Shown: one piece after another, positions 27,806-37,718 of the stretch
How positions within the stretch are numbered: position 1 is the first letter of the stretch
Layout of the letters: each line of letters opens with the position of its first letter
IMG/VR virus record: IMGVR_UViG_3300023179_000009
Span: 124,001-188,000 of that record
Reading direction: 5' to 3' (one strand)
Length of the DNA stretch: 64,000 nucleotides
Translations under genes and position numbers: made by a program
Notes under the pieces: generated by a model
What the model saw: only the letters and a program-made list of their open reading frames with translations
Told to the model about the DNA's origin: nothing
Databases searched by the model: none

Positions 27806-30800
27806 ATGAATATTTACGACGAAATATCTTTTGGCGGCATGAATTTAGGCGGTCAAGCGAGCGTTTTTCTCATTAGAAGTTCTTATGGGGTTGATTTTTT
27901 TGAATCTCGAACCTCCCTTGGCGGCGTGAATAATGGCGGCTCCGGATCAGAGTCTTTGATTTATGATATTGTTTCGCAAGGTGTAACACGGATTGGCGGC
28001 TCCGGATCAGATTCATTGATTAATGTGATCGTCGCCGTTGTTGAAATAAACTTATCAGGGGATGCAATCGCCACCGACGCCATTATCGCCGCTGGTGGAA
28101 TTACAATTTCGCCTTCCTCTTCATCGTTTTTTGTTTATAATTGTATTTCATTTGGTGGAGTTAAATTCTATGTTGATTTCAATAACACACACTCCACAGA
28201 ATTCTTTGTAGAAAGTGGTGGCTTACTATTTCAAGGCACGGCTTTGATTAGGGCTCGCTATCGGAACAATTTCGAAGGATTTTGTTTAGTTTCTGGTGAT
28301 TTTTTTGTGTCCGAAGGTTTTGTTTCTCTTGGAGGTGCCGTTTGTTCTTCATCTTCTAATTTTAATTTAGCAATGAAGGAAGTCAGAGGGTTTGTTGTTG
28401 GTGGTTTGAAACTATCGGGGAAAAATTCACTAAATGTAAACAATAATTTTTTTGTCACAGCCTCCGGATCTTTATCCACCGAGGGATCTGGTTTTTATTT
28501 TATAAATGACACGCTGTTCGTTTCAGACGGTGGCCTATCCCTTAAATCAGACGGTACTTTAATAAATTTTAAATTTAATAAAGATATAGAATTTAAATGG
28601 AACACAGATCTTAAATTAGAGAAAAAAGTTGATTTTTATTGGAATTTAGGTCAACAAACAATGTATTGGTATCGTGTTGTTGGTAAAGGAATTATAGACC
28701 CCTGTATTCCACAAGACGTTTGTTGCGGCAAAATCATAGTTAACTTGCACGCAAGATCATTATCTGAGTTGTGTCAAAAATTAAGTAAAAGAAAATATAA
28801 ATTTCCAATAGACACAGTTGAGAGATTTAGTAGACCTGCCGAAACTGTCGTTGTTGAAGAACAGGAATCAAATGGCGTCAATTTAGATTGCAATAATCTT
28901 GTTAATGTTGAGTTGTGTTCAATTCCAGAGTGTGCAGATTTTTGCGTCGATCAAGACATTAATTTAAAAACTGGCTTTTATTTTAAAGCTTGGTTGGTTT
29001 TTCAATCCACGGCATCAGGAAGTTTGCAAACATCAGGCGAATCTAGTTATGTTTTTGTTAAAAAATTACCCAATATTAAATTCAAGTCTGAGGGAGAGTT
29101 GTTTTTTGATGGCAATTTTATAATTGGAACAAATTCTTTTAGAGGTCGTGGTGGTTGTGTGGTTGGCGGCAAGTCTAGGCTTAGACACAATCGTTGGTCT
29201 TATAGTGGAGGCGTTTGGCCAAACAAAACTCCAAAAATTTATGCAAAAAAATCAATTAGCCTTAAGCATGTCTCAACGCATTCCCCTTGGCTTTTACCGG
29301 AAAGAGCAATTTCGGAAGACAATCTCTTTTCATCATCGGACATTAGTTTCAAAAAAACATCCGAACTTTTAGTTTTGACAAATTTTTCTTTTGATATACC
29401 TGAAAATAGCAAAGTTTTAAAATTAATTGTTAATGTTGATAGGGTTGCAACAAAAAGTGGCGTTCGAGACAAAGATTTGTTTTTGGTTATAAACAACAAA
29501 GTAATAACAAGCAATCTGGCCGTGACAAATATAGATTGGCCTTTACTACAAACTACAAAATCTTATGGATTGGATGTTTGGAGAAAAGAAGATTTTGATA
29601 AGTATGTGGACGATTCTTATTTGATTAATTTAAATATTAACAACCAACCAGGAGAAATTTCGACAGTTCCATCTCTTGAGGAAATAAAAAATTCTTCTTT
29701 CGGGGTGGCTATTAGAGTCCAATCTGTTTTAAATATAAATCAAACTATTGCTAGAGTTAATTCAATAAACATTGAGATTGAGTATGAGGATCCAAATGGT
29801 TCCACCATAAGAGTTTCTTCAAATAGCGGGGCTTTGGCTAAATCCCCGGCTTATACATCTAAGTCCACAGGAAAAATTTACTCCTACGGCTCTGCTAATG
29901 CCCGATACACAAAAAGAACGTTATTTAAAGTTTTTTCTTTTGGAGCCAAAATAGGTGGTGATTCGCTTAAAACCGTTGTTGAAGACACCAGCGGAGGTTG
30001 TCTATTATCTTCTTCTTCAAAAGTAACTCCTTATTTGGAAAATCCAATTATAAATTTGAATTTTGGTGGGGAGGCTTTTGTTTTGCCTTGGTGGCACTCG
30101 ATGAGTGGCGGATTGAAAACACGAGGATCAGCATCTAGATTTGAAAGATTTAAATATCAAGTTGTTGGCGGTATAAATGTCACCGGAGAGTCTTTTGTAC
30201 CAAGAAAATTTTCTGAATATTTTGCCGCTGGTGGAGTAAGTCTCCTAGGTTCAGCCAGATCGAAAAAGCAAAATTGGAAATGGATATCAGATGGTAATGC
30301 TGTGTTTGTTATAGGACAGGCCGTAAACAAATCGGGAAATGTTAGTGTGCCAGACCAGATTTTTGATTTTTCTATGAATTTATTAAAGATGGATGTGTAT
30401 TTTGCTGGCATAGACAAACAAGACGCCGAAGGCAATGTTGATTTTTTCAACAAATGTGGTTGTTTTGATCTTTCTTCAACAATGACTTTAACTCATAATT
30501 TTGCAATTGATAATGTTTTTGCTAAATTTTTAACGAGAAATAATTTTGCTATTTCTAAAAATTTAGAATTAAGGTATAATAAAGTTAATGATTCTTGGCA
30601 AAATAATTTACACTACAAAGGAATATCGGGTCTAGGCAATTACCACGAATCCTGGAATGTAGTCTCTGAAATTTCTTGTTCTAATAATATCGGAGGAACC
30701 ATACTGGGATCTAGACTCTGGAAAGTTGCTCTTCAATTTTCCAGAAACAACCTACTTACGGGCGATAGCTATGAAACTAGGATTGTGATCGCTGTTCTAC

Positions 30801-31045
30801 CAGACAACTATTGTTTAACATCATCCAACAGGCTTGAATTTGAAATAAATTATGACACTCAAAGCGATCTCGCTGTTTCAAACCCCTCCGCTACAATTTA
30901 TCAAAATACAATCTATGATAATATTGGAATTTTTAAGAACAGAGCTTGGATAGAATCTCCCGATTTAATTTTAAAGGTCACTCAATCTTTGGCAGAAACT
31001 AGTAGAAAAAGAGTTAGAATGCCAACTTCAACCCTCACTGAATGA
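27806..31045 (+). CDS. Large Gly/Ser-rich repeat protein, probable virion structural protein
   Basis: Recurring xGGxxxSGxA units plus a beta-sandwich-like domain shared with 42756..45524. Confidence 0.65.
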   Translation: MNIYDEISFGGMNLGGQASVFLIRSSYGVDFFESRTSLGGVNNGGSGSESLIYDIVSQGVTRIGGSGSDSLINVIVAVVEINLSGDAIATDAIIAAGGITISPSSSSFFVYNCISFGGVKFYVDFNNTHSTEFFVESGGLLFQGTALIRARYRNNFEGFCLVSGDFFVSEGFVSLGGAVCSSSSNFNLAMKEVRGFVVGGLKLSGKNSLNVNNNFFVTASGSLSTEGSGFYFINDTLFVSDGGLSLKSDGTLINFKFNKDIEFKWNTDLKLEKKVDFYWNLGQQTMYWYRVVGKGIIDPCIPQDVCCGKIIVNLHARSLSELCQKLSKRKYKFPIDTVERFSRPAETVVVEEQESNGVNLDCNNLVNVELCSIPECADFCVDQDINLKTGFYFKAWLVFQSTASGSLQTSGESSYVFVKKLPNIKFKSEGELFFDGNFIIGTNSFRGRGGCVVGGKSRLRHNRWSYSGGVWPNKTPKIYAKKSISLKHVSTHSPWLLPERAISEDNLFSSSDISFKKTSELLVLTNFSFDIPENSKVLKLIVNVDRVATKSGVRDKDLFLVINNKVITSNLAVTNIDWPLLQTTKSYGLDVWRKEDFDKYVDDSYLINLNINNQPGEISTVPSLEEIKNSSFGVAIRVQSVLNINQTIARVNSINIEIEYEDPNGSTIRVSSNSGALAKSPAYTSKSTGKIYSYGSANARYTKRTLFKVFSFGAKIGGDSLKTVVEDTSGGCLLSSSSKVTPYLENPIINLNFGGEAFVLPWWHSMSGGLKTRGSASRFERFKYQVVGGINVTGESFVPRKFSEYFAAGGVSLLGSARSKKQNWKWISDGNAVFVIGQAVNKSGNVSVPDQIFDFSMNLLKMDVYFAGIDKQDAEGNVDFFNKCGCFDLSSTMTLTHNFAIDNVFAKFLTRNNFAISKNLELRYNKVNDSWQNNLHYKGISGLGNYHESWNVVSEISCSNNIGGTILGSRLWKVALQFSRNNLLTGDSYETRIVIAVLPDNYCLTSSNRLEFEINYDTQSDLAVSNPSATIYQNTIYDNIGIFKNRAWIESPDLILKVTQSLAETSRKRVRMPTSTLTE

Positions 31046-31055
31046 TGGACTCACT

Positions 31056-31268
31056 ATGATCAACTATGTTTGTCTTTTTTTGTCTTTTTTAAATTTACTT
31101 TTTTTAATAGCCATAGCTGGCTCTTTATCAAAAATTATTTCTTATTTTAGAGATAATAATTTTAATCAAACAAAAATAAATAGTAAAAATTTTGAAATAA
31201 ATGATAGACAAAATTGGGATGGAGTTAAAAATTCTCAAAATTGGGATGGAGTTAAAAATCTAAAATAA
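31056..31268 (+). CDS. Small membrane-anchored protein with duplicated QNWDGVKN
   Basis: N-terminal TM helix; C-terminal duplication. Confidence 0.65.
   Translation: MINYVCLFLSFLNLLFLIAIAGSLSKIISYFRDNNFNQTKINSKNFEINDRQNWDGVKNSQNWDGVKNLK
31209..31259 (+). repeat. 24-bp direct repeat x2 (27-bp period)
   Basis: CAAAATTGGGATGGAGTTAAAAAT at 31209 and 31236. Confidence 0.9.
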
Positions 31269-31317
31269 AGACTATACTATAATTGGATAATTAAACTTCA
31301 CAATTTTTGGTGTTTAA

Positions 31318-32241
31318 ATGATTTTAAAAATTTTTTTGTCTGTTATGTTAGCTTTTTTATTCACGGCCAACTCCTTGGCGGATGAAAAAATTACTAGGGT
31401 GTCTAGCCCAAGTGAAGTTTCTACGGAAGTTTCAAAATATCGTGGTGTTCCCAAAGAATTGGAAAATCTTGTTTGGAACAGATGGACTAGCAAGAACTTT
31501 GTGGTGTGCAGCCTGAACGATTCCCAAGCCCAATATTTGCACAAACACTTAGAACTTGTTAAATCTTGGATGTTTTTACGTTGGGGCATGAAGGACATAG
31601 ACTTTTCAACAACATGCAAATTGATATGTGTTGACGACAAAGAGTTGTTTAAAAAGTTGTTTAATATCGAAAATACAAAAGTTGAAATTCGTCGAGATGA
31701 AAACAAAAAAATAACCGAGACCGTTATTTTTTTGTTGATAGATGGAACCCCATCTCAAACAATACCAGTCCCTTTGACCCAAATTTGTTTGGCTGAATTT
31801 TCTCAAAAATTTCGAGTTGATTTTAAAACTTGGATTTACAAGGGTTTTTCTCATTTAAATGATTCTCTTATAAAAATTAGAGAAAATTTAAACAAATTAG
31901 AAGATTACAAAAATAATAATTCCTTTGTCGTCAAAGATTTAGTTGATTTTGATAATGAAAAATATAAACAATTAAAAGATGAAGATAAAAAAATATTTGA
32001 TTGTTATTCTATGTACCTTTGTCTCATGATCAGAAAAGAATTTGGCGAAGATGTATTTCTAAATTTTATTCAAGAATCTTCAAAAGAAAATTTTGAATAC
32101 GCTGTTAAAAATGTTTTAAAATTTGATAGTTTGGAACATTTTGATAAATCTTTTCAAAGATATTTAAAAGATTTATCAAATGATGTAAAATTAGGAAAAA
32201 CTCCAAATTATTATTTGCAAATTAATTCTAAAGATAATTAG
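31318..32241 (+). CDS. Secreted protein, degenerate peptidase-MA/gluzincin-like fold
   Basis: Signal peptide ending ANSLA|D; WIYKGFS and YSMYLCLMI align loosely with gluzincin-like proteins, but HExxH is absent. Confidence 0.45.
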   Translation: MILKIFLSVMLAFLFTANSLADEKITRVSSPSEVSTEVSKYRGVPKELENLVWNRWTSKNFVVCSLNDSQAQYLHKHLELVKSWMFLRWGMKDIDFSTTCKLICVDDKELFKKLFNIENTKVEIRRDENKKITETVIFLLIDGTPSQTIPVPLTQICLAEFSQKFRVDFKTWIYKGFSHLNDSLIKIRENLNKLEDYKNNNSFVVKDLVDFDNEKYKQLKDEDKKIFDCYSMYLCLMIRKEFGEDVFLNFIQESSKENFEYAVKNVLKFDSLEHFDKSFQRYLKDLSNDVKLGKTPNYYLQINSKDN

Positions 32242-32453
32242 TTCTTTTTCATGGATTTTTTCATCATGGAAGCATTTGTTGGATTTGAATTTCCAGACGA
32301 GGATCTCGGTGTAGAACCACCCACAGATCTTAAATTTTTAAAAGGCAATCCATCAGACGGCTTTCGGGCAAATAAAGATACAGGAAAACCCATCAGCCCC
32401 TTGTCAGACGCACTTTGTTCTTCCTGAAAATCAATAAATTTCTTAAATCTCAT
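32238..32453 (-). CDS. Small protein with CTS-like N-terminus
   Basis: Begins MRFKKFIDFQEE. Confidence 0.65.
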   Translation of the reverse strand: MRFKKFIDFQEEQSASDKGLMGFPVSLFARKPSDGLPFKNLRSVGGSTPRSSSGNSNPTNASMMKKSMKKN

Positions 32454-32467
32454 AATTATTATATACT

Positions 32468-32704
32468 ATGGACGAAACACAATTAGCTTTAAAAAAACGA
32501 TATGATCAATTCGGGTCTCTTATCTTTTACAGATCTTTGGATAAATCTTTGACAAATGGAGATCTTTTTGACATATTAGAGGATATGCCAAAAAAATTTC
32601 CTGTTGTTTGGGACAATAAAAAAAGACGATGGGTTCACACCAATGATTTATTGCAAGGTGATTTTTCAAAAAACACAAGCACAATTGAAAAAGACAACAC
32701 ATGA
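32468..32704 (+). CDS. Hypothetical protein
   Basis: 78-aa ORF, coupled to the next gene. Confidence 0.65.
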   Translation: MDETQLALKKRYDQFGSLIFYRSLDKSLTNGDLFDILEDMPKKFPVVWDNKKRRWVHTNDLLQGDFSKNTSTIEKDNT

Positions 32705-33285
32705 AAACTTCCATAATTAAAGAATATATTTTAAGAAATAAAATAAAAGTTCCGGTGGTTTGTTTTAAAAAAAAGTCTTGTGTTGTCTTAAAAAATAAAA
32801 AAAATGAAAATTATCGGATTTTATCGATAACTTGGAGAAATCAAGACTACCACCCAGGTTTTTATGATATAAATTATTACGAACCAATTAAAAGCGGAAT
32901 AGACACAACAAAATTATTCCACAGCCTACTATCAGATATTTGGCATTATGAAGAATACGAAGATAATCTATTAGATTTTTGCCAAATAATTAAACAAGAA
33001 AATTTTTATTGCGGACCTTATTCTCAACAAATTTTTGATGCTTGGAAAATATTTTTAGATCTAGCCGGTGACGATTTATCTAGAACTTATAATTTTGACT
33101 TTCGCCAACAATTTTTTGTTCTTCAATCAATAAGATTTCTAAAGGATAAAAAACATCACTTTAATTATTTGCAGAGTGTGTTAAGGTCAACAAAGAACCA
33201 GTATTCCGATCTCTGGTTTTATAGAATAAAGAGTGTATTTCTAACGTCTAATTCAAAATGGCTAACAGACTTGCTTAAAAACTAG
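32701..33285 (+). CDS. Hypothetical protein
   Basis: 194-aa ORF. Confidence 0.65.
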   Translation: MKTSIIKEYILRNKIKVPVVCFKKKSCVVLKNKKNENYRILSITWRNQDYHPGFYDINYYEPIKSGIDTTKLFHSLLSDIWHYEEYEDNLLDFCQIIKQENFYCGPYSQQIFDAWKIFLDLAGDDLSRTYNFDFRQQFFVLQSIRFLKDKKHHFNYLQSVLRSTKNQYSDLWFYRIKSVFLTSNSKWLTDLLKN

Positions 33286-34123
33286 ATTGGGTTGAATCTA
33301 CAACACAAATCCATTTTATTTGTTTACTGGCAACGCCGTTAACTACAACGTCCACGGAACCAGTCGAGTTGTTTGCAACTATATCGACATTTGTGTTTTC
33401 TAAAGTTGCATCATACCAACTTTCTATAGACAAATTTCCAACCCTGCTTATAACACCGGAGTTATTTCTTTTAAAAACACCCTTTACAATAAAACCAGCA
33501 GATTCGTTATCGGTGTTGTTGTATAAACTAATTTGTGCTTTTATTGTCCAAGTATTTTTAGTAGAAATTTGCAAAATATTCAAATTACTTGGCTCATTGC
33601 CGTCTAAAGTTAATAAAGATTGGGCAGAGTTTGTTGTTGTTCTTTGAAGAATATATTGTTTAGAATAAAGATTATCGATCCCCGATTGAATTGTTTTATA
33701 TCTATATGGAACTATTTTAAGTGTATTGTTGTTAGGAGGTAAGTCGGCCCCAGTTTTGTTTATTATTAAATATTTGTATTTGCAAGGAGGAATAGTTATT
33801 TGTTTCAGTGTTTGTCTTTGAGAGTTAACCGATGGCATTATGTTAAAAACGCCAACCAAAGATGATGGAGAAGGATTTATTGTAGCACTTCCATCTTCAA
33901 AATTGGCGTTATTTATCGCAGATAGCAAATATAACTCCACGACTGATCCATATTTTGGCGTTTGATTGTTAGCGTTTAAAAATAACTCTACGTCATTAAA
34001 CAAGTACAAACCAGACGAGTTGTTTATTTCTTGGCTAACACACCGGAACTCTGGTTGAAGTGAGTTCATCTCTGTACTCATCACTGTAGAAACATCTGCT
34101 GAATCCCACAAAATTGAAGCCAT
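33275..34123 (-). CDS. Probable virion fibre/structural protein; N-half paralogous to 34133..34573
   Basis: Shared motifs EINNSSGLYLFNDVEL, VELYL, PPCKYKY, NKTG, NTLKI; extra C-terminal beta domain. Confidence 0.6.
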   Translation of the reverse strand: MASILWDSADVSTVMSTEMNSLQPEFRCVSQEINNSSGLYLFNDVELFLNANNQTPKYGSVVELYLLSAINNANFEDGSATINPSPSSLVGVFNIMPSVNSQRQTLKQITIPPCKYKYLIINKTGADLPPNNNTLKIVPYRYKTIQSGIDNLYSKQYILQRTTTNSAQSLLTLDGNEPSNLNILQISTKNTWTIKAQISLYNNTDNESAGFIVKGVFKRNNSGVISRVGNLSIESWYDATLENTNVDIVANNSTGSVDVVVNGVASKQIKWICVVDSTQSSF

Positions 34124-34132
34124 TTTTAATCC

Positions 34133-34573
34133 TTAATTTTTGTATCTATATCCTAATATTTTAAGCGTATTTCCACTATTTGCCCAATTAACCCCAGTTT
34201 TATTTTTTATTGCATATTTGTATTTTCTAGGAGGAACTATAAATTTTCTCAAACTATATCTTTGAGCAACCACCGATTGTTTAAAACTAAAAATTCCTAT
34301 TAGATTGTTGGTAGAAATATCTAAGCCGTCCGAAACTCCGCTTTCATAATTAATCCCGTCTATTGATTGAATTAAATAAAGTTCTACTTTTGCGTCTTCA
34401 ATTGGTTGTGTGTCTAAATCGTTCAGTGACAACTCAATATCATTGAATAAATACGAACCCAAACTATTGTCTATTTCTAAACTTAAAACGGTTTGTTCTG
34501 CGGCAAAATTGTTTAATTCGCTAGATAAAATCGTTATCGGATCAGAAGTTTCCCATTGAACGTTGTTGTTCAT
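34133..34573 (-). CDS. Probable structural protein, paralog of the 33275..34123 N-domain
   Basis: EIDNSLGSYLFNDIEL, VELYL, PPRKYKY, NKTG, NTLKILGYRYK. Confidence 0.65.
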   Translation of the reverse strand: MNNNVQWETSDPITILSSELNNFAAEQTVLSLEIDNSLGSYLFNDIELSLNDLDTQPIEDAKVELYLIQSIDGINYESGVSDGLDISTNNLIGIFSFKQSVVAQRYSLRKFIVPPRKYKYAIKNKTGVNWANSGNTLKILGYRYKN

Positions 34574-34672
34574 TTTTTCTCCAAGTATAGTTATTATTTT
34601 GGGAAAATTTTTTCTTTACCAATTGTTTTTTAGTTGTAGAATGACCTAAGACTCATTTTTCAAGGAGGTTTT

Positions 34673-35566
34673 ATGGTTTCTGCAACTTTAAAATTCAATA
34701 AATTAAAGAAAAATCAAAAACATGCTGTTTTGACTGAAGCCGAACAGCGTCTAAAAAGAATATTTTTTCACGAAGACTTTGAAAAACCCGCAGAGATCAA
34801 AAAAATTCTTGGACCCATGCCAGATTCCTCAATCTTCGCAGAAGAATTAAGATCAGTAAGATCAAAATATTGTTTTGGCGGCAACAATTTTCAATCTCGT
34901 ATTTTTTATGAAAGTCCTTTGTTAACGAAGGAACAAGAAACTCATTTGTTTAAAAAATACAATTTTTACAAGTACAGAGCAAAAAAAAGATTACACAGAA
35001 AAGAAATCACGGACTCTCTCAGAGATCTTGTTTTGGCTGAAGACGTTAGAAACACTATAGCCGCAGCAAACCTGAGATTGTGTGTTCCCGTTGTCAAAAA
35101 GATGGGAGAAACCCAAAGACTTGATGATTTATTTTCAGAAGGCTGCGATTTGATCCTGAAGTCTGTTGACTACTTTGACCCAAACAGGGGTTTTAAGTTT
35201 TCTACTTACGCAACTTGGGTTCTAAAAAGAAATCTCTACAGAGCCTTAAAATCGTGGCGCAACTTTGAAGAAAGAAACTCTACTTGTTTGAACGAATCTG
35301 GCACCCAAGAAGCCGTTTTTAATCATGATTTTGAAGTAGTTTTTGAACAAACAGATAGGCTTTTAGTTATTAAAAAATTGTTGAATCTTTGCAACGAAAG
35401 AGAAAAAAAAGTTATAGAAAGACGATTTTTTGAGTCTAAAAAACTAATTGATATAGCCTCGGAGTTTGGGCTTTCTAAAGAAAGAATTCGCCAAATTGAA
35501 ACAAGGGCTTTGGAAAAAATGCACCGACAATGTGAACGGATTGGGATTTCTTTTGATTGCTTTTGA
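34673..35566 (+). CDS. Sigma-70 family RNA polymerase sigma factor
   Basis: Region 1.2 PLLTKEQE, region 2 AANLRL...DLFSEG...FDPNRGFKFSTYATW, region 4 SKERIRQIE; AAGGAGG RBS. Confidence 0.93.
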   Translation: MVSATLKFNKLKKNQKHAVLTEAEQRLKRIFFHEDFEKPAEIKKILGPMPDSSIFAEELRSVRSKYCFGGNNFQSRIFYESPLLTKEQETHLFKKYNFYKYRAKKRLHRKEITDSLRDLVLAEDVRNTIAAANLRLCVPVVKKMGETQRLDDLFSEGCDLILKSVDYFDPNRGFKFSTYATWVLKRNLYRALKSWRNFEERNSTCLNESGTQEAVFNHDFEVVFEQTDRLLVIKKLLNLCNEREKKVIERRFFESKKLIDIASEFGLSKERIRQIETRALEKMHRQCERIGISFDCF

Positions 35567-35589
35567 GTATTAGGAGACATGTTGCCAAA

Positions 35590-35853
35590 ATGAGTATTCC
35601 AAGTGATTTGTTTAAATGTTTAAAGATACTCCCATCTGACTACCAAGAATATGGTGGAGATATCAAAAGATGGGAGCATAATGACAAAAATTACCCCGAC
35701 TGCTCTAGTGGTTGTAAGCACTTTGTCGCACTTCAAGAACCTTTTAATTTTGATTGGGGTGTTTGTTCAAATCCAAAATCACCAAGATCTGGTTTGTTAA
35801 CTTGGGAACATCAAGCTGGTTTCGAATGTTTTGAGCAACAAAAAGACAATTAA
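35590..35853 (+). CDS. Small Cys/His protein (DUF3027-like)
   Basis: CSSGCKHF...DWGVCSNPKSPRSGLLTWEH; family recalled, not searched. Confidence 0.5.
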   Translation: MSIPSDLFKCLKILPSDYQEYGGDIKRWEHNDKNYPDCSSGCKHFVALQEPFNFDWGVCSNPKSPRSGLLTWEHQAGFECFEQQKDN

Positions 35854-35915
35854 TTATTCCATATTGACATTTTGAAAAAAATTATACAATACAACCAACT
35901 GTGGAGAAAAAACTA

Positions 35916-37511
35916 ATGTCCAATAGTAATATTTTTTCAACTAAAACCAAAAAAACTGGGTTTTCTACAAATACAAAAAACAATGCTGGAGGCGATGCTT
36001 ATGAATTTGATCCAAAACATTGTTTGGCTCAAATCGCTGCCACAAACACATTTAGTGGAACTTTTTATGCAACCGCAGAGCAAAATTTTAATTTAGCCAA
36101 AGAATCTGCATTGCGTTTGAAACACGACCCAGAATTCATTGCAAAAGTTGCAATTTATTCTCGTGATAAGTCCTACATGAAAGACATGCCTTGCTTCCTG
36201 ACGGTGTTGCTCTCGGATATTAGCAAGCCTTTGTTTCGCAAAGTTTTTCGTCGTGTGGTTGATAATGGGAAAATGCTTCGAAATGTTATTCAAATGGCTC
36301 GAAGTGGAGTTGTAACCGGAAAAAAAGTTAATGTATCGGCAGGAAGTTGGAGGCACGCCATACAAGAGTGGTTTAATACTCAAAGTTCTTCTAGTATTTT
36401 TAAAGCTTCTATAGGCAACAATCCAACCATGCACGACATTTTAAGAATGTCGCACCCAAAACCAAATTCAATTGAAAAACAATCTTTGTTCGCTTACCTC
36501 TCAGGCAAAGAATTCGATTTTGAAAAACTTCCAGATCAAGTTAAAAAACTTCAAGAATTTAAATCAGGCAAATCAAAAGATATCCCTGATGTCGATTTTA
36601 GATTTTTAGACTCTTTGAATCTTGGTCAAAAAGAGTGGGAAACAATCGCTATTCAATCTCCTTGGCAAATGACAAGGATGAATCTTTTAACTTTTGCTAG
36701 ACATAATGTTTTTGCAAATGAAGATGTTATTCAAATCGTGGCAAATAAATTAAAAGACAAAAAATTAATTAAAAAGTCTCGTGCGTTTCCATACCAATTA
36801 TTCGCTGCTTGGAGACAAGTTGAGAATCAAGTTAATTATTGGATACCTGAAATAATTAAATCATCACTCGAAGAGGCTATGGAAGTTGCCATCGACAATG
36901 TCCCAGAAATCCCTGGAAAGGGTCTGGTCTGTGTGGACTGCTCTGGATCCATGACTTCACCAATAACCGGTTTTAGAAACCACAGGAGTAACTCTAGTGT
37001 ATCTTGCAGCGACGTTGCTGGACTTTTAGCTTCAGCCATACATCGAAAAAACAAATCTGTTGAGGTTTGGACTTTTTCGGATAGTGCCAACATGGTTGAA
37101 TTAGACCTTAAAGACAATGTGCTAAAAAACACAGAAAAATTAAATCGTGCTGGCGGGGGAACCAATATATCGGCACCAATGCACCGTTTCAATTCAGACT
37201 TCAAAAACGCTGATTGGATTTTATATGTATCAGACTATGAGTCTTGGATTGACTCGCCATCTGCTGGTTACGGTTATAACTCAACGGGTCTGTCCTATGA
37301 ATGGGACATTTTTAAGAAAAGAAACAATCACGCTAAATTAATTTGTTGTGATTTGACCCCTAGAGATAACTCTCAAATTTCTGTTAGAAAAGATGTTCTT
37401 CAAGTCGGAGGATTCTCAGATCAAGTTTTTGATGTCGTTTCTTCTTTTGTTTCTCAATCTAAAAGCAAAGATTTTTGGGTTGAAGAAATAAATAAAATAT
37501 CTTTGGACTAA
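35916..37511 (+). CDS. Ro60/Rsr-like TROVE-vWA RNA-binding protein
   Basis: NNAGGDAY, GTFYA, KDMP, PWQMTRMNL, SRAFPYQLF, vWA VDCSGSM, GGTNIS, VSDYESW, VGGFSDQVF; GGAG RBS 9 nt before ATG. Confidence 0.92.
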   Translation: MSNSNIFSTKTKKTGFSTNTKNNAGGDAYEFDPKHCLAQIAATNTFSGTFYATAEQNFNLAKESALRLKHDPEFIAKVAIYSRDKSYMKDMPCFLTVLLSDISKPLFRKVFRRVVDNGKMLRNVIQMARSGVVTGKKVNVSAGSWRHAIQEWFNTQSSSSIFKASIGNNPTMHDILRMSHPKPNSIEKQSLFAYLSGKEFDFEKLPDQVKKLQEFKSGKSKDIPDVDFRFLDSLNLGQKEWETIAIQSPWQMTRMNLLTFARHNVFANEDVIQIVANKLKDKKLIKKSRAFPYQLFAAWRQVENQVNYWIPEIIKSSLEEAMEVAIDNVPEIPGKGLVCVDCSGSMTSPITGFRNHRSNSSVSCSDVAGLLASAIHRKNKSVEVWTFSDSANMVELDLKDNVLKNTEKLNRAGGGTNISAPMHRFNSDFKNADWILYVSDYESWIDSPSAGYGYNSTGLSYEWDIFKKRNNHAKLICCDLTPRDNSQISVRKDVLQVGGFSDQVFDVVSSFVSQSKSKDFWVEEINKISLD

Positions 37512-37512
37512 T

Positions 37513-37540
37513 TTGACAATTCGAAAATTTACCGTAAAAT
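37513..37540 (+). promoter_or_regulatory. Sigma-70-type promoter for the RNA cluster
   Basis: TTGACA (37513)-N16-TAAAAT (37535), 6 nt before the tRNA-like RNA. Confidence 0.65.
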
Positions 37541-37546
37541 AAATTT

Positions 37547-37634
37547 AGACAAGTAGCTCAATGGCAGAGTCCGTCATTGTAAGAAGGTTTGCACCTTTGG
37601 ACGGAGGTTGCAGGTTCAATTCCTGTCTTGTCTT
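37547..37634 (+). tRNA. tRNA-like RNA (Thr-UGU-like loop) with 17-nt hairpin insertion in the anticodon arm
   Basis: Acceptor AGACAAG/CTTGTCT, D arm GCTC-AATGGCA-GAGT, stem CCGTC/GACGG enclosing 24 nt, T arm GCAGG-TTCAATT-CCTGT; no CCA. Confidence 0.75.
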
Positions 37635-37636
37635 TT

Positions 37637-37702
37637 TAGCGGAATGCCGTTGTGGTCCACATCACTACTGGAAAGATGACTATAACAATAAGTTGTCCGC
37701 TA
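37637..37702 (+). ncRNA. Y-RNA-like RNA 1
   Basis: Terminal stem TAGCGGA/TCCGCTA, inner stem GTTGTGGTC/GACTATAAC followed by a bulged C (Ro60-site-like GGUC-C/GACU), 3' U tract; downstream of Ro60. Confidence 0.75.
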
Positions 37703-37718
37703 TTTTTTTTGTTTAATT

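Noticed and set aside
35864-35890. TTGACA...TACAAT promoter upstream of the Ro60 gene
   Set aside because: Spacer is only 15 nt; plausible but too weak to list as a feature.
37547-37634. Element as a canonical tRNA-Thr, an archaeal BHB intron, or a permuted YrlA
   Set aside because: The anticodon loop is 24 nt, I could not draw a bulge-helix-bulge, and the arm order is unpermuted, unlike YrlA.
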